Made by a program: the position numbers and the translations under genes. From Catajapyx aquilonaris (Eukaryota), in the NCBI GenBank assembly GCA_000934665.2, contig JYFJ02001690.1, positions 1 through 64,000 on the forward strand: DNA of 64,000 nt. Direction: 5' to 3'. Of the stretch, positions 55,818 to 64,000 are shown one piece after another (the stretch's first letter is position 1; the number at the start of each line of letters is the position of its first letter). Below the pieces are notes generated by a model. The model saw only the letters and a program-made list of their open reading frames with translations. It made no database searches and was not told the DNA's origin.

Positions 55818-55962
55818 GTGAGTCTCCCTTGAAGGGTTTTCTGCGTCTTAAGTGCGTGAGTTTGCGAAGGTTGTCTTCTGAATTCTAAAACGTTATTGCT
55901 ATTTCTACTAATTAAACGAAAGTTTGTGCTAAAAATGACAGTGGACTTCAAAATTCCGCGGA

Positions 55963-58900
55963 TTAGGACTGGGTGTCTTCACAAGTTCCACCCTGTTCCT
56001 TGCTCCAATAAGTAATGCGGGTGTGGGCCTTGACCTCGTCGCGTACGTCCGCATTCTGTAAGAACAAAACAAAACACGTTATATCAAATGTGGATTGTCG
56101 AGGATTTTGTCCGGGGTTGGGAAAAGAAGTAGAAAATAAACAAAGAGATTCGGTGCTACATGGGGAAAGACAGTGTACAACTTATTTAGAAGTTAATGAT
56201 CTGTGTAGTGTGTGTATGCTAGATTACCCTGGGTGCGTTGAAAATTATTTTTTAAATTGATAATTAATTTTAGCAGTCAAAATAATGGTGCTTAAAACTA
56301 TGACAGGACAGGTTATTCTGCCAGACCTAGGGTGACTAGTAGAGTCTTCCGAGGAATGAGTGAATAAGACGTTATATTATTGTCGAATTGAGGTCAAGAT
56401 TCACTTTGAGTTCCACAGATCATTAAGTAAAGAAAACAAGCCAGTCAACAATATTTTTGAAGCTTCAAGTTACAGTTATGACAGACAGGTTGCGAATTTC
56501 ATTTTCAATTTTTATGTGGCTTCATTCCCAACTTTTATTTTCTTCCCCGCTGAATTACAGTGTACATTTGTCATGATGGGCTTCCAGGATATTCCATGAA
56601 ATAGAATACATGTACAAACAATAATTTTAAAGGGAACTCCTTTTAAGTAATTTTATGGTAGGCCCTATTGATTGTGTTGAAGTTGATGTAATGAACAAAG
56701 AAAAATAAAATGACCCTGTAGAAAAAGCCGAAATCCATTATCATAATTATGTGAAACTAGAATAGACTGTGCATGAATATTTGTCTACTATGGTAGCTTG
56801 TTCAATCTTATATCGAGTGTGGGATATGAGTAAAAAATTTAGGTTTGATACACAAAAAAAAAAAATATTCTGAATTCCCTAACCCTTAACGCGGGCTTGT
56901 ATTCTTAAATTATTATTTCCGACTCTTTGTCCAACATGCAGCTAATAAGACTGCTGAGTTTTAAAAACCAATTTATTTCACTTTATATCGTCTTCTTTTG
57001 ATTAAACCTGCCACGAATTTGAATAGATTGTTTCGTATCACTGTAGTTGGGGTTGTGTCACGTTATAGCTCTCTGTAGGTGCAATAGCAGTGGCCGCGCA
57101 TTGGCAGATTTCAGGAATAACTGAAGATGAGATTCCAAACAAGAGGTAGAAAAATTCCAATTGAGAAAATCTTGACAGATGCAAATGCTCAAAGTAATAA
57201 AATTCTTACCCTGGACACAATTTGGCGAAGCAAGGGCCCTAGAGACTTGAGATGGACATCCGGAATTTCTCCCATCCATGCTTCGACGAGTAGCCCATTT
57301 AGTTCCTGCGAGGAAAAAGCACTTTTAACTCTCGATTTTGTTAAAAGTAATGTAGCCTAACTTTACTTTTTAAAACCATGATACACCTGCTATGCAGGAG
57401 GACAAACACAAATTCTATTGCTTTATGAAACTATACACGTAAGTCCCATATTAAATTTTTTTTCACTATTTAAAACACGTCTTTACCAATCTCAGCATGC
57501 ACGAAGCTGACAATTATTATACATGGCGTTGGGTATAGTATAACTATAGAGGAAATAAAGAAATATCCTTACATTGCCCCTGAAGCTTGCACTATTATCA
57601 TCAACAAATACGGTTGTTTTAGGATCAAATCCCAAAGTGGTAAAATCTTTGGTGTAGGAACCATCCTCGAAGGTGCAGTGCTCTCGGTGAAAAATATACC
57701 TGCAATGAAGAGTGCCGTTAAACGCTATATTTGGACAAAAAAATCAATGGTTTTTCGGAAGCTCCTGAATCTACAGTTGGTAGCTACTACTGCATATACC
57801 GCCAAGTTCATAAGAGCCGGTCATAATCGCTTCCACATTGGATTAGCACAAGGTTTGTCATTGCTGATTTTGGAATTAGTTCGAACTTCAAATTTGGCCC
57901 CGAAATTTTTGGAAATTAAATATGGTGTATATCAGTTAATAATTTTTCTCGATCAGTAAGTAATTCTTTGGGTAAATGCTTTCATCATGGTTTAAAAAAA
58001 TTATACGTAGAAAAGGTGCAGTAAGAATTCAAATCTATCAGGAAAAGTAAACCCTACGGATTTACTTGTTGGATTAAAATTGAGGCCATTTTTTTAACAT
58101 GGGCCACTTTAAAAACGAATAGTTTAAAACAGGAAAGTGAGAAATTTCCCTTGATGCGGATAACAGCTGGCTTCCGTTCCACCCGGTTCCCTATAATTAT
58201 GACAATAAATATTTGTTAGGCACTTGCTTGATCCTTTTCTTGGTGGGATCTATCTTGTTAACGATAGGGGAAGCATACGTGGCAGTAGCTGCGGTGAACA
58301 CATAAATATCATAGATCCGGGCCATTTGCTTCAGGAATTTCTTTGCCCATGGCCGCAGGTAGGCATCTAGGCCTTCGTGTTCTAATGCGCATATCCACTG
58401 TGCTCCCGGTATATTCTCTTCGTTTGTATATATCAAGGTGGAGTCCTGCAAAATATATAGTGTTAAACAATATTGTTGTGTCGTAACACGATCATTTGAG
58501 TCAGAATGAAAACAACAAAGTCTACTCCAGTGTGATACAACTGATATGCCCTTATAGCAGTTATCGATTTTTTTGGTAATAAGCTGCTCATTATTTTAAG
58601 CAGTTACTTCTATATGTGACCAAAAATATTAGTTGATAAAACTATTTTGAACGGAAGCCCAGGCCCTAAATTGCGATTCGCGCTCGAGAGTTTGTTGTAT
58701 CACAATCAACTAAAAATTATGGAAGAAAGTCAGATTGTATATTGTGAACACCAATACATTTTCCTATTTCCCCTCTTGCCTTAGGGTGAAATGGTGTACC
58801 AATTCGACCTAATATTAGCAGCTAATAGATGGTTCGGACAATTAGGTCAATCTTAGGTGAATCTCCTCCATTGATATAGCGCGAATCCCCACGTCAATTA

Positions 58901-60599
58901 TAAGGAATTTTGAGTGAATCTCGCAAGTTTTTGTCGAAATGTTCAACCCTTCGTAACTACTACATTATTTCGACAGCCTCTAGAATTAACTTACCCAAAG
59001 TAGCAGCTTAATAATTTATTTATTTATTTATTTTCATTACCCCACGGGGGGAGTTATACTACTCCTTAGGGGGGGTGGGTTGCCACCTTTGGAATTTGTT
59101 TTGGAGCGAGTTTAAGAATAATCTTTAATTAGTATGCTCCAAGGGTGGGTGGGAGGGGATGTGCAAAGTGCAAGTGCAATGTCTCTAATCGTCATTTTGT
59201 GAACTCCCCCGGGTGGCTTAGTCTGCCGGAAATTGCCACCCGAAACGAAGCCAGAGATGGCCCAACTCTGCACGAAAGAAGGTGGGAACCCCGGGTGTGG
59301 ATTGAACCCGGGACCTTAACTTCCGTGGGCGCGCGCGTTACCGCGGCGCCACTCCGTCTCCCCTAATAGCAGCTTAATAATAAGCTACTTCATGCAAAGA
59401 AATCCCCAACCATTACGGACTACTCAAATCGTCCAGAATAACAAGACCACATATTAAAGCTGATGCATTCGCTATGGTCCTATAATTTTTATGTATAGTG
59501 TTTCTTTCTTCTCATTGGCTTTTGCTTAACAGCATGCACACCGCCATCGTGAATTGATGGTCTTACTGCAACAATGGGTTAATCCGCATTTTGAAAATGA
59601 ACTCAAACTACAAAAACGCTTCATGTTTTGGCACATGTGCAAAGAGTTTGTTGCAGGTTGAAGATCACAAAAATAAGGAATCAGAGGGGAGTCGCGGTGG
59701 CCGAGACGGTAACGTCTCGGTTTGCTGTGCGGAAGGTCCCGGGTTCGAACCCTGCCCGGGTACTCCCTCTCGCCTGCGTCCGGAGGGTCTCTGACCCGCG
59801 CCTTGGAGGCTTCTGGCAACCTGACCTCCTGGGAGACTTTATTATTGATATTAAGGAGGTTGGCCCATCATTGCCTTTCAACCTCCAAGGATAGGGAAGG
59901 AAGGAAGCGGCTGTGGCCTATTATATGGAAACAACCCCGGAATTATCCTAGGAAGACCGTGGAAAACCACAGAAAACCACGGTCAGGGTTGCCGGCCCCG
60001 GGATTCGAACCCAGGACCTCCCGATTAGCAGGCGGACGCCCTATCCACTATGCCAACCTGCTTCGGTCCTCCTGGGAGACTGCACATGGCCCAACGGTTA
60101 AGACATTGCATCTGCACCTGTGTCTCCTCCCCAGAAATCCCCATCCCCATCCTATATTTTTTCATCCCTGCACGGTGTCTGAAGGAAAATCATAGAAATT
60201 GTATGGAAAATGGTGGTAGTCCACCCCCACCCCCCAAGAGGGTATCTGGCCCTATCACGGGGTAGCGTAAAAAAATAAAAGTAAATGGTATATCTATTTC
60301 TATCATTATGTGGGTTAGCACATTGTTGCAGTAAGCCCTTCAATTGCTAGTTATTGGCTGATTTAAGTCAGGTAATCAACAGGGTTACCAGTGTCATCTC
60401 CGAGGTAAAGAAGGGCTTCAAATACAGTAATCTATAATTAATCTTGATGTAGGCCTACAAATGATGGTTCTACAGATTAAATACTTTTTACTGACGAATC
60501 GCGGGTCAGTGTACTTACGAGATCCAACATGAGCGTGTACTTATGCTTCTTCAAAGAAACGGCAGGATGAACCGTGGGATTTTCCATTACCGGAGCCAT
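55963..60599 (-). CDS. FCP1/SCP (NIF-domain, HAD) CTD small phosphatase-like protein, 204 aa, 5 exons, nested antisense in the SLC45 intron
   Basis: Exons 60599-60519, 58445-58228, 57699-57573, 57305-57210 and 56055-55963 (615 nt). Motifs: YTLMLDL|DSTLIY (DxDxT), LRPWAKKFL, YDIYVFTAATATYASPIVNKIDP, FHREHC...YTKDF, VFVDD, NG..VEAWMG and DVR. Intron 2 needs a phase-2 donor, best met by AA|GCAAGT. Confidence 0.88.
59016..59366 (-). mobile_element. tRNA-derived SINE, family B head and body with a different tail
   Basis: TSD TAGCAGCTTAATAAT at 59001-59015 and 59367-59381. Tail CCCCCTAAGGAG...CCGTGGGTA followed by (AAAT)n. Confidence 0.88.
59686..60280 (+). mobile_element. Family C SINE interrupted by an antisense family A SINE (59839-60067)
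   Basis: The inner element is flanked by TSD CCTCCTGGGAGACT at 59825-59838 and 60068-60081. The outer halves rejoin into a family C sequence. Confidence 0.9.
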
Positions 60600-61001
60600 T
60601 CTTCAAAGAGCAGCAGCTGCCTCTGATTCGCTAGCTGAAAGTGACACAAAAAGGCACTGATTAATCAACAACTTAATTGACATACTCTGGTGTCAATCCT
60701 GGAATAACTGACATCAGAAAGTTTTTGAACATGTGGAGAAGGCCTGTACATGCCATGTTTTGAAAGTCATTTGACCTTCCATTATCTGCTGTACTGAGAC
60801 AATAATTGAAGGTAGTGTAGTGACCGTATGGCAGTGACAATGTGCAGATAGATTCAGTTGTTTTATGCCGCAGCTTGCATTAATGCATAAACCTTCGCAT
60901 CTCAGAATTTTTTGCTTAGCGAGTAGTCCTTTTTTTCAACTGATATGCCATGAACGATAGCCATATTAGTAGCGCCTCATTCAAGGGTAAAAGTTTCGGT
61001 A

Positions 61002-61553
61002 GGTAATGGATTCTCAGAAAGAGACATAAAAGACGAATTATTTTCTGACTTCTAGGTAGTAGTAGCTACCAGTGTCAACAACTAGTAGTCATGGCAATCC
61101 ATGACAAAACTAATGGGAGAATCCTCTGATAGAGAGGATTCTGCTTCGGAATCAAGGTGATTCTGCCATCAACCAGTCCATCGTCTCGGCTGCAGGATCT
61201 GCAGACCCCCTGGCTTGCAGCATCCCTTTCTTCGGCCCCTGACGATGACGGTCCTCTTGGGCCCTCACCTCCTCTTGGCCCAAACAGTTGTCCCAATCCA
61301 GATGCTTTGCCGCTGTCTGGCTGTTGTTCTGGCAACGCCCGCTGCTGATGTCCAAACAAATAGGATCTCCCACCTCTTGACGAAATGATCTTGCCTGCTA
61401 TAGCAGTATACTGCTATAGTCTCTGCTATAGAGGATTCTCCCATTAGTTTTTTCATGGATTGCCATGGTTACTAGTTGTTGACACTGGTACTGCTCCCTA
61501 TAGAAGTCAGAAAATAATTCGTCTTTTGTGTCTCTTTCTGAGAATCCATTACC
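61002..61553. mobile_element. TIR element with ~125-bp arms and a GC-rich non-repetitive interior
   Basis: GGTAATGGATTCTCAGAAAGAGAC...GGGAGAATCCTCT is mirrored at 61430-61553. No clear TSD. Confidence 0.8.
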
Positions 61554-61610
61554 CATGGGAAGCATGGGAAGCATGACCTAGTGTGACAGGACGAAAATTT
61601 CGCCCCAGGT

Positions 61611-61843
61611 CAGTGCTTCCCAATTTCTTTATTTCGTTGATGACCCCAAAAAATTGTCTCGTAAAATGCGACCCCCTATATGTGCACATTTCGATCCGCC
61701 AACATGAACAGACAGGTAAACAGTGAAATGACCTTACCTTATGGTCATGATTTTCAGCAAGATAGCACCATTTTGTGAAAATAATTTGTTACCCTCCCTC
61801 GCGACCCCAAATGGGGTCGCGACCCGCAATTTGGGAAGCGCTG
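61611..61843. mobile_element. hAT (Charlie-like) MITE
   Basis: CAGTGCTTCCCAA.../...TTGGGAAGCGCTG with a subterminal GCGACCCCAAATGGGGTCGC palindrome. Degenerate 8-bp TSD CCCCAGGT/CCCTATGT. Confidence 0.75.
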
Positions 61844-62554
61844 CCCTATGTTAATACCTATTATCTCATGCTACATTATTTCGAGCCGAGCTAGCCAGAA
61901 GAAAATTAGTTTAAAAAAATGATGGCTGCATGGAGAGTTCTAAAGCAATAAGGAACATACTGAAGTAATGCAAATTTACATTACCGGTATTGCAGAAGGC
62001 AATACATCATGCGCACTGTTACAGTGTAAGCAGATAGCGTAACTTAAACCAAGGAGTACACCTTTGTCATTATCTGTAATATTATTGTTAGTAATGTTAG
62101 AACAATGGAATTTGAGAGTGGGGCACAATACAGGGTATTATACCACTCCTAAAGGTCAACCATGAGGTGGTTGACTCCTTCCCACTGTTTGCTTGATGTA
62201 TCGTTGTGTTCAGATTGCGCAGTCGAATGAATAACATCCACTATGTTGGAAAGTGTCCCTTTAATGATCTTGACCTTTCTAATGATATGCAACTATAAAT
62301 AACTCGGAAATTGGGAGCCACGATCGGTGTCGGTGTTATCTATATAGCATGATTCGGAATCAGGCTATATAGATTTCCACCGTCACCGATCAGAAGTGAC
62401 TCTCGTAATGCAGGGCACATTTTTTATTAATAATGGCTTTCAGATGGTTTATTTTCAGGTGATATAATATTCTGACCATTATTTGATTCATATTTTGGGT
62501 TACTTGTGGCTCCCGTCATCGCTGACTACCCCTTATAGGGAAATGTCGTGATGG

Positions 62555-62610
<56 letters not shown>
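62555..62610. repeat. (GTT)n microsatellite
   Basis: Perfect GTT run. Confidence 0.95.
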
Positions 62611-62942
62611 CAAGCCAAGATATATAAAATGTACTGTTGTCCATCGATCACGTCAAGAGTTGTTGGACATCTCGGTCGCAACTATTCCCGTCTTATGCAT
62701 TTAGATTTTAGAGGCTATGTAATTGCGGGATATTCGATTACTTTCTTTTTAAAAGTTTTGCTATTTAAAAGTTTTCATGGGATTCCTGGTCCCTGAAGTT
62801 AATTATTCGAAAATCAGGGAATTTAGAGTGTCTTTCTGAGGTATAGTCTGCTCTTCCACAACTACTGTCAAAAATTCTCGCATTAAATTGTGACACACTT
62901 TCATTACCCCCATATTATCACGTAGAGTATAATAAACACAAT

Positions 62943-63187
62943 ATTGAAGGGCTCTCTGCAATAAGAAGGCCTGGTATGTGCACTCATGACTTTTTCCCTG
63001 TGTTATAAAGCGAAAAGCCTACAAACCAGGTAAGACCACATTGTCCACGTTGCAGAGAACCCTTACCTGGAAGGGTTCTCTGCAGTAACGAGGTATGTGA
63101 ACTTACCTGGTTTATAGGCTTTTCGCTTTAAAACACAGTAAAAAGTCCTAAGTGCACATACCTGCTTATTGCAGAGAGCCCTTCAAT
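62943..63187. mobile_element. 245-bp fold-back element
   Basis: ATTGAAGGGCTCTCTGCAATAAG...CTTATTGCAGAGAGCCCTTCAAT pairs through to the centre, and the terminal motif recurs internally (GAAGGGTTCTCTGCA). Confidence 0.8.
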
Positions 63188-64000
63188 TTTGAAATGCTAT
63201 TTTAAACGGTATTTGCACCATGGTAATTATTTTACTAACTAAATCATCATCTATTACCTGGCATAGTAATTACTAACTACTTTTAGTTATCTTCTAGTTA
63301 TCTTATCTTATACCAGCGCTCGGGCAAGTTCAGCTTCTTTTATTACAATATGCTGCTACTGACACTGCGGCTTGGATAACATAGTGATCAGATCACAGTT
63401 GGAAAAACATTCAGCAAGATCATAAAGAATATGACCTACTGCACGTGACTAAGCAAATGTCGGTGTCAAGTTCCGTATTGTGAGTTGGTGGCTAATTTTT
63501 TGCATTAAAATGCATGCATATAAATGCGTGCTGACACCGGATAAGCAAAAATTAAAGCCAGGCCTAAGTGCAATATTCTCATATCAAGAACAAGAACAAG
63601 AATTGCAAAAAGTGACCAACACCAGAATAGTTGACCCATGTGAATAAGCACCACCTGCAACACTTACCATGTTATCTCATAAAAATTCCCTCATAGACAA
63701 TTTTAGCCTCATTTATTTCTGTATTCTGCCCAAATAAATTGAATAATTATTTCTCTTCCAACCTTCCCATTATTTTGTAACCTTTAGAGTAGTACCGGTA
63801 CTGTACTGTACAGCAACATCACATCATCAAACTGCCTTACTTCACTCGATACACAGCATACTGCAAACTATTTCCTGGACATTTATCAAGAAACTGACTC
63901 CAAAACCTTCGAAACTGAAACACGCGTTTTAGAGCTAACCAATAGGGCAAGGTTCGAAGTCCAGCAAGGTAGAAAATGGTGCTGAGAGTTCCAAATAAAA

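Noticed and set aside
55514..55888. ORF-track start (MASKHFRRK) for SLC45
   Set aside because: That ATG lies inside the 70-nt intron. The upstream exon 55345-55484 gives a family-like N-terminus with consistent phase.
59722..60195. 157-aa ORF and similar recurring ORFs (RKRLWPII..., EPRENP...)
   Set aside because: These are chance readings of SINE sequence that recur with each copy.

Overview
Eukaryotic, almost certainly arthropod (insect/pancrustacean-like) genomic DNA, with short GT-AG introns and dense tRNA-derived SINEs and MITEs. I reconstructed seven intron-containing genes by hand. (1) YOD1/OTU1 deubiquitinase (-) sits head-to-head with (2) an 11-exon LMBR1/lilipod gene (+). (3) An unrecognised secreted or membrane protein gene (-) has three supported exons; its last exon is unresolved. 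(4) A compact two-exon gene (-), missed by the ORF track, encodes a 73-aa toxin-like precursor ending in a 31-aa C-X5-C-X4-CC-X9-CC peptide, with TATA, Inr and AATAAA all in place. (5) A Nedx/lms homeobox gene (+). (6) The first two coding exons of an SLC45/lovit-like sugar transporter (+). (7) A complete five-exon FCP1/SCP (NIF) CTD-phosphatase-like gene nested antisense in the SLC45 intron, using a probable GC-AG intron. Repeats include at least four SINE families that exchange heads, bodies and tails, one with a V-domain-like core and one chimera containing an HDV-ribozyme-like fold. There are also many MITEs (Tc1/mariner, hAT, PIF/Harbinger, Kolobok, piggyBac, P-like), including a triple nest at one TTAA site. 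All splice models and family names come from reading the sequence and from recall; no searches were run.
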